Source: Candidatus Nanohaloarchaea archaeon (GTDB taxonomy: Archaea > Nanohalarchaeota > Nanosalinia > Nanosalinales > Nanosalinaceae). Taken from it: a DNA stretch of 64,000 nucleotides. The notes under the pieces are model-generated. The model made no database searches. It worked only from the letters and a program-made list of their open reading frames with translations, and had not been told where the DNA came from. Every line of letters starts with the position of its first letter. The first letter of the stretch is position 1. The stretch spans positions 64,001 through 128,000 of the forward strand of contig JACOQA010000003.1 in assembly GCA_014297435.1 (NCBI GenBank), written 5' to 3'. A program made the translations under genes and the position numbers. Positions 19,856-29,105 of this stretch are shown here, in pieces.

Positions 19856-20347
19856 ATGTCTGACGCAGAGTATGTTGAAAGAACTTTTGTCGCACTAAAA
19901 CCTGACGCAGTTAAGAGAGGTCTTGTCGGAGAGATCACATCCCGTTTCGAAGATGCTGGCTTCAAGATCATGGGAATGAAGATGGTTCAAGCCACAGACC
20001 AGCTTCTCGAACAGCACTATGCTGAGCACGTTGACAAGCCTTTCTACGATGGCCTAGCAGGATTCATGAAGTCAGGTCCTGTCGTCGCCATGGTTCTGGA
20101 AGGAGTTCATGCAGCCGAGAACCTGAGAAAGATTGTTGGAGATACAGACGCTTCAGAAGCACATCCAGCAACCATCAGAGGGCGTTACGGTCACATGTCA
20201 ATGGACTACGCGGACGATGCAGGAAGACACTACAAGAACCTTGTGCACGCTTCCGAGCCCGGAGAGGCAGAAGAAGAGATCGAGATCTGGTTCGAAGAAA
20301 GCGAGCTTCACGAGTATGACCACTCGCAGGACGAACACGCCAGATAA
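19856..20347 (+). CDS. ndk: Nucleoside diphosphate kinase
   Basis: ERTFVALKPDAVKRGLVGEI, HYAEH.DKPFY, NLVHAS. Confidence 0.97.
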   Translation: MSDAEYVERTFVALKPDAVKRGLVGEITSRFEDAGFKIMGMKMVQATDQLLEQHYAEHVDKPFYDGLAGFMKSGPVVAMVLEGVHAAENLRKIVGDTDASEAHPATIRGRYGHMSMDYADDAGRHYKNLVHASEPGEAEEEIEIWFEESELHEYDHSQDEHAR

Positions 20348-20379
20348 CCTTTTACATTTCACTTCTCATTTTATTCTAC

Positions 20380-20586
20380 ATGGCTGAAGATAATAGACTC
20401 TAAAGATCGGAAAGCGATAGAATTCTTGGAGGCGTATGTGGAGGTATAGCCGAAGTATACGACTTCGATCCTTCAATTGTAAGACTTGTAGCATTGGCTG
20501 CAATATTCTTTGGAGTCGGATCTCCTGTATTAGCTTACATAGTGGCGTGGATAATCATTCCTTCTGAAGGAGAGGTAAAACAATAG
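20380..20586 (+). pseudogene. pspC: PspC-domain protein interrupted by in-frame TAA
   Basis: MAEDNRL*RSESDRILGGVCGGIAEVYDFDPSIVRL...AYIVAWIIIP; TAA at 20401-20403 sits at the usual Tyr of RLYRS. Confidence 0.85.
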
Positions 20587-20617
20587 ATATTTGGAGAAGA
20601 AGGAGCAAAGATATCCT

Positions 20618-22261
20618 CTATTTCAACTTCCTTAATCTTTCTAGATCAAGCTCGAATCCTGCAGCCTTCTTCTCAAGCTTCCAGTTCTCTAGAACCTTCG
20701 AATCAAGCTCACCGATAAATCCTATTTTCTCGCCTCCAAGGAATACGTCCGCAGACCTTTTTGTTCTCATAAACGACTTTTCGTCCTCCTTTATCTCGAA
20801 ATCGATACCTAGGTCACGTTCAAGTACCTGAAGCTTCTGCTTCGCATCTGTGTAATCCACTTCTGAATCAGATACGATAAATGCAAGCTTTCTTTTGTTA
20901 GATGCGCCTGTTGCAGATTCGTCGATTTTGGAAACATCCGCAGTCTCGAAGAACTCCTGTGGGTAAGCCCGATGTTTATTCTCCTTCAGAACTTCTAGCA
21001 TGGAAGGTAGAAGCCAGCTTCTAAGTGTCGAATACTCTTCTGTTAAAGCATTTTCCAGCTTGACGTTGCCTTCGACGTTTCTTTCCATTCTGTCGAACAG
21101 TTTTTCTTCGCTCGATAAGGCGTGAGTATAGGCTTCCATAGCTCCGGCATCCGTCATCACATCTCTTATTAGATCTGATAATTCAGTAATAGATTTTAGA
21201 CCACCCTCTTGATCCACTTCTGGAGTTTCAGGTTCAATACTGTCGTATCCATGCGCGATAACAACATCTTCTATCAAGTCATACTGATGCATTACGTCGG
21301 TTCTGTAGCAGGGAACTTCGACCATGATACCCTCATCGTTTTTCCGGGCTCCGTACTTCATCATCTGCAGCCTCTGGACAATTTCGTCCTTGTCTAAATC
21401 GATTCCTGAAACCGATCTGAAGTATTCCTCGTCAAGCACCATTTCTTCCGGTTCAAGGTTAGGCATTTCCATCTCGTCAACCCGGACTTTCTCGATTGTT
21501 CCTCCTCTTTCTTCCAGAGCTGTTGCCAATATGTTCAAGGCTTTCTGAACGGTCTCTCTATGCTTTCCTGTAACATCTATGAATACGTCGGTCGTGTTTG
21601 GTTCGACTTCAGTTAATTGGTTGTTGATTATTGGAGGGAAGGATAGAACTTGATCTTCCGAGTCAACAATCACCGGATATTTCTCCTCGTCTTCAAGAAT
21701 CCAAGAGAACTCCTTTCCTTTCTTGTGTTCGCCAAGTATCTCTCCGAGTTGCATCTGCTTCTGTTTTTCCAAGGGTTTGAACGATACCGATTCAGGCTCC
21801 ACGGCTTTGTACGTAAACGGTGGTTCGAGCTCAGAAAGGTCGTGTAAACCGATCGCCAGCTTATCTCTTCTTCTACCCATAGTTTCATGCATTTTCTCCT
21901 GTAGCTGGATCAGTCCGTTGATCTTCTTTTCTGAAAGCTCAACATCTCTGATAACAGATCCTCCGATGAAAGGTCTTACCTCTGATACCGACGAGTCCAC
22001 TTCAACATTTATTTCAGGTTCTTCGGCAGTGTAGTTTTTTCGACCTGTCTCGATCTCGAAGAATCCTCTGTAAGCTCTTGCTAGTCCCTCTACTGAGAGG
22101 CAGTCAGGTCTGTTCGGATAAGTTTCAACATCACATACGTTTCCGTCGATGGAGTGCCAGTGGACCCCCATGAAAGATCCTTCCTCTATCAGTTTTTCGT
22201 TTTCGATTTCCTCTCCAACCAGTTCGATAAACTCTCTTCTATCTATCTCGATACTTGCCAT
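20618..22261 (-). CDS. pheT: Phenylalanyl-tRNA synthetase beta subunit
   Basis: PNRPDCLSVEGLAR, LSFPPIIN, YRTDVMHQYDLIEDVVIAHGY. Confidence 0.95.
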   Translation of the reverse strand: MASIEIDRREFIELVGEEIENEKLIEEGSFMGVHWHSIDGNVCDVETYPNRPDCLSVEGLARAYRGFFEIETGRKNYTAEEPEINVEVDSSVSEVRPFIGGSVIRDVELSEKKINGLIQLQEKMHETMGRRRDKLAIGLHDLSELEPPFTYKAVEPESVSFKPLEKQKQMQLGEILGEHKKGKEFSWILEDEEKYPVIVDSEDQVLSFPPIINNQLTEVEPNTTDVFIDVTGKHRETVQKALNILATALEERGGTIEKVRVDEMEMPNLEPEEMVLDEEYFRSVSGIDLDKDEIVQRLQMMKYGARKNDEGIMVEVPCYRTDVMHQYDLIEDVVIAHGYDSIEPETPEVDQEGGLKSITELSDLIRDVMTDAGAMEAYTHALSSEEKLFDRMERNVEGNVKLENALTEEYSTLRSWLLPSMLEVLKENKHRAYPQEFFETADVSKIDESATGASNKRKLAFIVSDSEVDYTDAKQKLQVLERDLGIDFEIKEDEKSFMRTKRSADVFLGGEKIGFIGELDSKVLENWKLEKKAAGFELDLERLRKLK

Positions 22262-22263
22262 TT

Positions 22264-23646
22264 TTATTTAGACCTCCATACAGGTGTTTCTTCGATCAGT
22301 TTTGTGTCGTTGCTGTAGAGATCTCTCAAATCATCTAATTCTGCAGCCATCATCCCGATCCTTCCGATTCCAAGACCCCATGCCAATACTGTTGCTTCTA
22401 CACCTATCATCGGTTCTACAACCTCGGGACGGAACAGTCCTGCTCCCCCCATGCCTAGCCATTCTTCCTCAACTTCATCCCAGACCTGTACCTCAACACT
22501 CATCTCCGTGTAAGGATAGTACGTCGGAATCAGCCTGAACTCATCATAACCCATCTTCTCGAAGAACTCTGAAAGATAGCCTTTGAGATGAGCGAAGTTC
22601 AGATCCTCTCCAACCACAATTCCCTCAGCCTGATCGAAGTCAGCAAGATGGGTTCTGTCAACGGTTTCATTCCTGAAAGCTCTTCCTATTACAAAGTATT
22701 TTGCCGGAAGATCTTCCTCATCAAGTTCATGAAGCTTTCTTGCGGAAGCTGCTGTAGTATGTGTTCTGAGAACGTTCTGCTCCGAATCCTCCCTTGACCA
22801 ATCGTATCCCCAGCCTTTAGAACCGGTTTCCCAGCCGTTCTCATGTGCATTCTTTATGTAGTCGACCTTATCACCGTACTCGGATAGATCGGATTTCTCA
22901 GGGTTCTCAACGAAGAACGTGTCCTGAAGATCCCTGGCAGGATGATCCTGGGCAATATAAAGTGCGTCGAAACATGTGAAGCCAGGCACTACATAACCTC
23001 CTTCCATCTCCTTAAAGCCCATTTCAATCCATTTCTGTTTGGCGTAATCTATTACCTCACGGTAGAAATGTTTCTTACCTGTTCTAGGTGTTTTCGCGGA
23101 AGCCTCAACGTTAAAGTCTTCCTTAATATCCTTGAGATCAGTATCTTTCCCTTTTTCTGTTAGTCTGACGTTCCGAATCTTGCTTGTTTGAACTTCGACA
23201 AGTCCTCTTTCCTCATCGGGCTCTTTGAAGTCTCCTACGTTCAGTCTTTCCTTCAAGCCATCAGTTCCTAGAGCTTCTCTGCCTTCCTGTGTTAACTCAG
23301 CTTCTCCCTGATCTATTCTTATCCAGCTTTTCTGTCTTGCTTTTCCAAGCGCCACATCGATCTCAAGATCCTGTAGTTCCGACATCTCCTTCGGTCCATC
23401 TTCCAATCTTTCAATTAAACGATGTTCCGGAGAACCGTTCTCAACAACTTTTTTGCCTTCCTCTGTAAGGGATCTTTCCAGTTCTTCCTCTTCTTCTACT
23501 TCAACAAGTTCTTCATCCTTCAGTTCAAGAACCGCTCTGTTGACCATGGACTGGTCGAAGCCTTCTTCCTCGAACTGTTGGATAGTCTTCGATGTATCGG
23601 ATTTCAGCTCTTCTAAGACTTTCTTAGCCTGCTTGGAAAGTTTCAC
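22264..23646 (-). CDS. pheS: Phenylalanyl-tRNA synthetase alpha subunit
   Basis: QDHPARDLQDTF, LRTHTTA, FRNETVD.TH, YYPYTEMS, GAGLFRPEV. Confidence 0.95.
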   Translation of the reverse strand: MKLSKQAKKVLEELKSDTSKTIQQFEEEGFDQSMVNRAVLELKDEELVEVEEEEELERSLTEEGKKVVENGSPEHRLIERLEDGPKEMSELQDLEIDVALGKARQKSWIRIDQGEAELTQEGREALGTDGLKERLNVGDFKEPDEERGLVEVQTSKIRNVRLTEKGKDTDLKDIKEDFNVEASAKTPRTGKKHFYREVIDYAKQKWIEMGFKEMEGGYVVPGFTCFDALYIAQDHPARDLQDTFFVENPEKSDLSEYGDKVDYIKNAHENGWETGSKGWGYDWSREDSEQNVLRTHTTAASARKLHELDEEDLPAKYFVIGRAFRNETVDRTHLADFDQAEGIVVGEDLNFAHLKGYLSEFFEKMGYDEFRLIPTYYPYTEMSVEVQVWDEVEEEWLGMGGAGLFRPEVVEPMIGVEATVLAWGLGIGRIGMMAAELDDLRDLYSNDTKLIEETPVWRSK

Positions 23647-23682
23647 ATCCCCGAGTTTTCGATGAAAGCTTTAATATTTACT

Positions 23683-24411
23683 TCAGGTCGTCTCAACTAT
23701 CGCGCCCATCAAAACCAGAACAGCTCCTAATAATACCAGTTTTAGGTAGTCCATCCAGGTTTCAAGATCGAAATGTTCTCTGTATAGAGCTCCTGATATC
23801 AGTGAACCTGCGATACCTGCAACGATAAATCCTGTCATCTCGAAGGATGCGTGAGGGATATAGCATAGAGGAGATGGTGTAGGCGTACATCCCAGTAGCG
23901 CTGTTGTTGACTGTGCCTGATTTATTAGGTAACCAAAGAAAACTCCGAGAACTGAAGCGTTCCATGTCAGGATAAAGGATCCTGCGCTTCCAATTATTGA
24001 AGCGACTGCAAGTATCGACGTATAGACTATCATGTTGTTTGCTAAAACACCTACGAAAGATACAGAATTCGTGGCGTAACCTGTAACCCCGATTATCTCA
24101 TTCTGGATACTGAATGCTTCCGGCATGTAGAAACCGAGGGCTGTGAATGCCGCAACTTCTCCTGCAAAGATAGCTCCGTAAACCATTATCTCGTCCATGT
24201 GCGGAGCATTGTTCTTTTCATCTTCAAGGAAAAACCTTGTTAGCGGATAAACCAAAGGTATCGCCGCAAATATTACGGCAAGAACGTCTGATTGAGTAGG
24301 GAAAAGAAGTTCTGCCGCAATAAAACCGATTATTGATGCGACTGCTCCTAAAGCGAATAGTAGGGGGAAGTTTTCTGTCTGCTCCTCACGGTAGATCAGT
24401 TCCGGCAGCAT
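23683..24411 (-). CDS. SpoIIM/DUF95-family membrane protein
   Basis: Multi-TM; NN, WNAS..G, PHA.FE, A.VE motifs. Confidence 0.75.
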   Translation of the reverse strand: MLPELIYREEQTENFPLLFALGAVASIIGFIAAELLFPTQSDVLAVIFAAIPLVYPLTRFFLEDEKNNAPHMDEIMVYGAIFAGEVAAFTALGFYMPEAFSIQNEIIGVTGYATNSVSFVGVLANNMIVYTSILAVASIIGSAGSFILTWNASVLGVFFGYLINQAQSTTALLGCTPTPSPLCYIPHASFEMTGFIVAGIAGSLISGALYREHFDLETWMDYLKLVLLGAVLVLMGAIVETT

Positions 24412-24447
24412 TAATCTAGAATGAAAGGGCGTGGTTTAAACCGGTTT

Positions 24448-24825
24448 TCAATCGACCTTAGCGTAATCCGATGGAGAGGCAGAAACCAACTGCTTATCTT
24501 CCGTGATGCGGTCAGCCCATTTGAAGACCGATTCTCTTCCTCCCGGTGAGAGAACACGTTCAGCATGATCTAGAACCAGTTCGTCCTCCTCACTTAGTTC
24601 GACATCCTCATCAACGTAAACTACCGCTCTGTTGTAATCTGTCATGACTTGTAGTTCTGTGTTGTCTGATTCGAGCGCATAATCGGCTTCTCCATAGATA
24701 TTATCCAAGTCGATATAGATGTCTATTTCCGTTCCAATCGGAAGACTGTGATCTGCATCCGTCTCTAGATAATCTTCGAAAGCGTATCTTGATTCCAAGG
24801 TTGAAAGCACCTTAGAAACGGTCAC
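24448..24825 (-). CDS. Acidic hypothetical protein
   Basis: 125-aa ORF with genome-typical composition. Confidence 0.6.
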   Translation of the reverse strand: MTVSKVLSTLESRYAFEDYLETDADHSLPIGTEIDIYIDLDNIYGEADYALESDNTELQVMTDYNRAVVYVDEDVELSEEDELVLDHAERVLSPGGRESVFKWADRITEDKQLVSASPSDYAKVD

Positions 24826-24852
24826 CGTTCAGTTTTAAATAAGAAATGAGGT

Positions 24853-25953
24853 TTAGTTGAAGTCGAAGTTCTCCTCAATATACTGTTCGACTTCTTCCGA
24901 TGCCTCCTCCCGCTTTCTCTGGTGTTCGGTAAGGAACTCCTCAATCTTCTCCTTTGCGATCTGCTTTAACTCTCCGGAAAGCATTTCTCCAGAAGAGTAT
25001 TCTCTCCGAATCCTTTCGAGTTCCTCATCATCTTTGATCAGGTGGAACGCCAGCAGCTCGAAGACCATGTCCTCCTCAACGTCAGCTCCTTTTTCTCTGT
25101 GCTCTTCAAGCGAATCTTTTCCTCCTGTCTTCGCCTGATCGATTTTCTCTTTGGCTTCTTCAACTGAGTCGGTTAGAGCGATGTAGCTTTTAGGTTTACT
25201 TGAACTCATCTTCCCTCCCTGCAAACCACGCATGAACTTGTTGTATGTTGAAGCAGGTTTAACGAATTCCTGATCACGGTACTTTCTTGCGACCTCACGA
25301 GTTAAACGGATATGAGGATCTTGGTCAATTCCCACAGGCACTACTGTCGGCTTTGAACCTCCGTTTTCCGAGAACTGAGGTCTCAGAATATCAGCGTACT
25401 GTACTTGGGCAGATGACATCTTTGCCGGGTCTGCATTCCCATAAGTAGCCTCCATCTCATTCTGCGTTAGATAGCGTCCGAACATCGCCGCCTTCGCTAG
25501 ATGGTCGTTGCCTGCTTGAGACTGGAAGTAGAAATCGATGTTTTCCAGATCGATTCCTAAAGCAACATAGTTTTTCAGGTACTCCTCGACTACGAGCTCT
25601 CTCGCTTCCTCAAGACTCATATTTCGAGTGTTGTATGCCTCTATATCTGCTGCGGCAATCGTTATCTCGGCTCCCATCTCCTGGTACATCTTGATCTGGT
25701 CGACGACGCATTTGTGTCCGAAGTGGAAGACCCCTGAAGGCATGATGCCCGTGATCATAGCAAAATCATCTCCCTCATCTCTCGCATCCAGAAGCTCGTC
25801 TAGGTCTCGATGTCCGAAGATGATGCCTCTACGGATAAACCTGTGATCGGGAAGTCTTTCCTCTATCTCCTCGATCGGTTCTATACCGAACTTATCCATT
25901 TTTTCACTGTAGTTACCTAGCTCGACGTCGCCCCATGGATCGATATCTGCCAT
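24853..25953 (-). CDS. trpS: Tryptophanyl-tRNA synthetase
   Basis: IDPWG start, RRGIIFGHRD, HFGH, PVGIDQDPHIRLTR, KMSSS. Confidence 0.95.
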   Translation of the reverse strand: MADIDPWGDVELGNYSEKMDKFGIEPIEEIEERLPDHRFIRRGIIFGHRDLDELLDARDEGDDFAMITGIMPSGVFHFGHKCVVDQIKMYQEMGAEITIAAADIEAYNTRNMSLEEARELVVEEYLKNYVALGIDLENIDFYFQSQAGNDHLAKAAMFGRYLTQNEMEATYGNADPAKMSSAQVQYADILRPQFSENGGSKPTVVPVGIDQDPHIRLTREVARKYRDQEFVKPASTYNKFMRGLQGGKMSSSKPKSYIALTDSVEEAKEKIDQAKTGGKDSLEEHREKGADVEEDMVFELLAFHLIKDDEELERIRREYSSGEMLSGELKQIAKEKIEEFLTEHQRKREEASEEVEQYIEENFDFN

Positions 25954-25954
25954 T

Positions 25955-26335
25955 TTATGTAGCCTCTTGGACGGTTTTTGATCGCGCATTTTCATATAAC
26001 TCATCGAAAACCTGTGTTTCCTCACCACGAAGCGTCATAAACTCCACTTCACCGAAGACTGTTGCCCTGTAATCACTGGTTTCCTGAGGTTTTACGGCAG
26101 CTTCTCCCTCAAAGTACGAGCTGAGAGCTCTTTCGATTTCACCGTAACCCGTGTTTGATCTCACTCCAACTATATCGTCCTCAAAGGTTTGCATGAAGCT
26201 GCGAAGACCTTCCTCAGAGCTCAGACTTGAATAAAGGAGTTCTCCATCTTTTTCCCGGCAAACCGCGTACTTCTGGTCTCTGAAGTGTATTCCGGGAAGT
26301 GATGGTTCTGTCTCATCAGAAAATCTATAGGTCAT
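25955..26335 (-). CDS. Hypothetical protein
   Basis: Acidic ORF coupled to trpS. Confidence 0.6.
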   Translation of the reverse strand: MTYRFSDETEPSLPGIHFRDQKYAVCREKDGELLYSSLSSEEGLRSFMQTFEDDIVGVRSNTGYGEIERALSSYFEGEAAVKPQETSDYRATVFGEVEFMTLRGEETQVFDELYENARSKTVQEAT

Positions 26336-26615
26336 CGTATCCCTCCACATAACATGGATCTTCAATCCCGAACTCCCTTTCTACCGCAGCCTCAGAAGCT
26401 TCAAGTGCATTGTAAGCCTCGCTTTCTGTAAGTTCATCTAGGAAAGAAGCGTTGTACGAGGGTTGCTCCGGATCTTCGAATGAAAGAATTTGAGCAGGTC
26501 TTCCGTCCGAAACCTCGGGAAAAGCGTCTGTTAAGACCGCATATTCAGATTTATTTGTCGAAGGAAAAGTTTCAACTTCGAGTTCTTCTACGTAGGTTTC
26601 GCCAAAAACATCCAC
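26325..26615 (-). CDS. Acidic hypothetical protein (5' end possibly frameshifted)
   Basis: 96-aa acidic ORF with GTG start; upstream ATGATGGAAACACAACTT lies one base out of frame. Confidence 0.5.
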   Translation of the reverse strand: MDVFGETYVEELEVETFPSTNKSEYAVLTDAFPEVSDGRPAQILSFEDPEQPSYNASFLDELTESEAYNALEASEAAVEREFGIEDPCYVEGYDDL

Positions 26616-26929
26616 CCTCTCGAGCTTTAAGTTGTGTTTCCATCATGATTCACGTCATCTAAAACATCATTCCAAAGCCTTAAATAGGTTATTTCCTGTA
26701 CTGCGGCTTTCTATGGCAGCATTACGTCTAGAAAAAAATTATAGAGCATATCTAGAAGATTGGAAACTGAAGACTGTGCCATGACTTCTCTAGAATTGAT
26801 GAAATACGGAAAAATATAGATAAACCTATATTAACAATCTTAGAGATAGCTCTGTCCGGTTTCGTTAGCCTCTCTTTTCCAAAAGCGTCCACCTTTCAGA
26901 GACATAATAAATGGTTAGAGGGAAGTTCC

Positions 26930-27688
26930 TTAAATGTTCATCTTCTCCGCCTTGAATCCAAGCATTCCCTCATAGCCATCATTCGACATCAAAATAGGGT
27001 AGAAGGATTCCTCAGCAACAAGTTCCTCACCATTTCTCTTGGCGAATACGGTTCCTTCCTTCACTAGGTCGAAGTTCGTGGCCTTGAATTCCCAATCCCC
27101 CTCCACTGTTTCGTAGTACTTGAAGTAGTTTGGATCTGAGAGTTCGAATTCGCGTTCGATTATTCCTTCTGCAGCAAGGTAGTTCAGTAGTACGTTGAAA
27201 CCATTTTCTACAGCTTGATCCGAGCCTTGTAGTCCGGTCTCGACAACTATGCCTGTGACCTCGCCGTTCAAGGTTCCGTTGCTTTCAGAGAAATAAACAG
27301 CATTTTCCACTCCTGCTTTCCTGCACATCTCCTTCGTATCTTCATTCAGATGTGAGAGAGTTGCGAATGGTTCGGGATGGGAACGAGTAGTGTGAAGATC
27401 AAGGACATTCATGCCTTTTACTTCTTCGAGTATTTTGGCAGCTAGTCTTTCCTCGTGTTTATCGCTTTCCAAATCTCCCGGGAAAGAACGGTTGAGATCT
27501 GCTTCCAAGTACCTTTTGTCTTTCTCTAATGCTTCTTCGTTAGCTATTACAAGTTTCAAAGGCTTCTTGACTTGTATATCCGAGTTAAGAAATCTTTCTA
27601 TCACTTTTTTACCGCAAGGTTCGTCACCGTGTATTGATCCGACAACGGCATGTTTCGGCTCGCCTTCTCCAAGTTTCTCTACTCTCAT
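26930..27688 (-). CDS. Succinylglutamate desuccinylase/aspartoacylase family (M14-like)
   Basis: GSIHGDE, DLNRSFPG, LDLHT. Confidence 0.9.
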   Translation of the reverse strand: MRVEKLGEGEPKHAVVGSIHGDEPCGKKVIERFLNSDIQVKKPLKLVIANEEALEKDKRYLEADLNRSFPGDLESDKHEERLAAKILEEVKGMNVLDLHTTRSHPEPFATLSHLNEDTKEMCRKAGVENAVYFSESNGTLNGEVTGIVVETGLQGSDQAVENGFNVLLNYLAAEGIIEREFELSDPNYFKYYETVEGDWEFKATNFDLVKEGTVFAKRNGEELVAEESFYPILMSNDGYEGMLGFKAEKMNI

Positions 27689-27711
27689 AGCTAAGGTTTG
27701 AAGGCTAACGA

Positions 27712-28884
27712 TTATGAATACTTTTCAAGTGCCTCGACAGCTTCCAACTTTTCGCCAGACATCAATCGGACAAAGGCACCTCCCGCAATAGATACATGGG
27801 AGAAGTCTTCAAGCTCATAACCGAAGCGTTCTACCAGTGAAGAAGTATGTCCTCCTCCGAGAACAGTGAAACCTCCATTCTCGGCGATACCATCTACAAC
27901 TTTTTTGGTTCCATCCTCGTGTTGTTCGAAAGCGCCCATAGGACCCTTCATGAGTACTGAGTCAGCCTCCTCTATAACTGAAACGTAGTTCTCGGTCGTT
28001 TCTTTTCCTATGTCCCACGCCATCGTGTCTTCAGGTACTTCGCCGGTTTCGAAGTTGCCCTCTTCTGTCGAGACATCTACTGGAACTACTATCTTTTCTT
28101 CGTATGTTTCTAGAAGTTCTTCTAACTCCTCTTGTTTCGAGTCGAAGCCTTTCTCCTTTATCCAATCGGCTTTACCACCAAGATCATATCCTTGGATAGT
28201 TAGTGCAAGTTCTCCAGGTATGCCTCCTAGAAGAACCTTGTCGACTTTTTCTATCATCTCCTCCAGCATTCCTACTATATCTGAAGGCTTCTCACCTCCC
28301 AGAACCAATACAGGATTATCTAATTCGTCCCTAACTTTCCGACAGTTCGAAAGCTCCTTTTCCATAACCGGACCGGCGTAAGAATCAAGCAGTGGCGCGA
28401 ATCCTACTATCGATCCATGAGATCTGTGAGCTGCTGAGAACCCGTCGTTCACAAACAGGTCGAACTCTTCAGCTATTTTTTCAACAAAAATATCGTTTGA
28501 ATGACCTTCCGGCGTTGCATTTCTCAGTTCTTCTGAAAGGAAACGAACATTCTCAAGTAACGCAATATCGCCGTCAGACATGGAATTAACTTCGTCCGAT
28601 AGTTCGTTCCCGAAGAACGATTCAACAAACTCGACGTCCCGACCAATATTATTTTCTAAGTGATCGGCGTGTTCCTCAAGCGATAGGAAATCTTTTCTTC
28701 CCGGTCTTCCTTGATGCGCTAGGACAAGTGTTTTGGCTCCTCGTTCAGATATCATCTCGATAGTTTCAAGGTATCGTTTGAACCGTACTGTCTCCTGTGG
28801 TTCTCCGTTTTCAACCGGAAGATTGAGATCTGTCCTGAGAACTACTTTTTTGCCTTCAAGATCGGCTTCTTCGAGAGTGTTCAT
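27712..28884 (-). CDS. pgk: Phosphoglycerate kinase
   Basis: RTDLNLP, AHQGRPG, LLENVRF, NDGFSAAHRSH, HVSIAGGA. Confidence 0.96.
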   Translation of the reverse strand: MNTLEEADLEGKKVVLRTDLNLPVENGEPQETVRFKRYLETIEMISERGAKTLVLAHQGRPGRKDFLSLEEHADHLENNIGRDVEFVESFFGNELSDEVNSMSDGDIALLENVRFLSEELRNATPEGHSNDIFVEKIAEEFDLFVNDGFSAAHRSHGSIVGFAPLLDSYAGPVMEKELSNCRKVRDELDNPVLVLGGEKPSDIVGMLEEMIEKVDKVLLGGIPGELALTIQGYDLGGKADWIKEKGFDSKQEELEELLETYEEKIVVPVDVSTEEGNFETGEVPEDTMAWDIGKETTENYVSVIEEADSVLMKGPMGAFEQHEDGTKKVVDGIAENGGFTVLGGGHTSSLVERFGYELEDFSHVSIAGGAFVRLMSGEKLEAVEALEKYS

Positions 28885-29105
28885 GCTGAAAGGTTCGTAT
28901 AGCTTGTTTTTGAAGCTTCCCGGACCGTATAAAAATCTTCTCTGATATTAGTTGATTAGGTGCCACGAATGAAAGGTGGATGTTTTGGACTGTCCTCAGA
29001 GACAGTCACGGTTTAGAACTCTGGAACCATCTAGAGTCTTCTATAAATACAGCTTAAAACCTTCAAAAAGATCGGTCTCGACTGTTTCTCCATGAGGTAT
29101 CTGAA

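Noticed and set aside
20401-20403. Stop-codon reassignment suggested by the TAA inside pspC
   Set aside because: TAA terminates many core genes in the window (for example EF-2, EF-1a, rps7)
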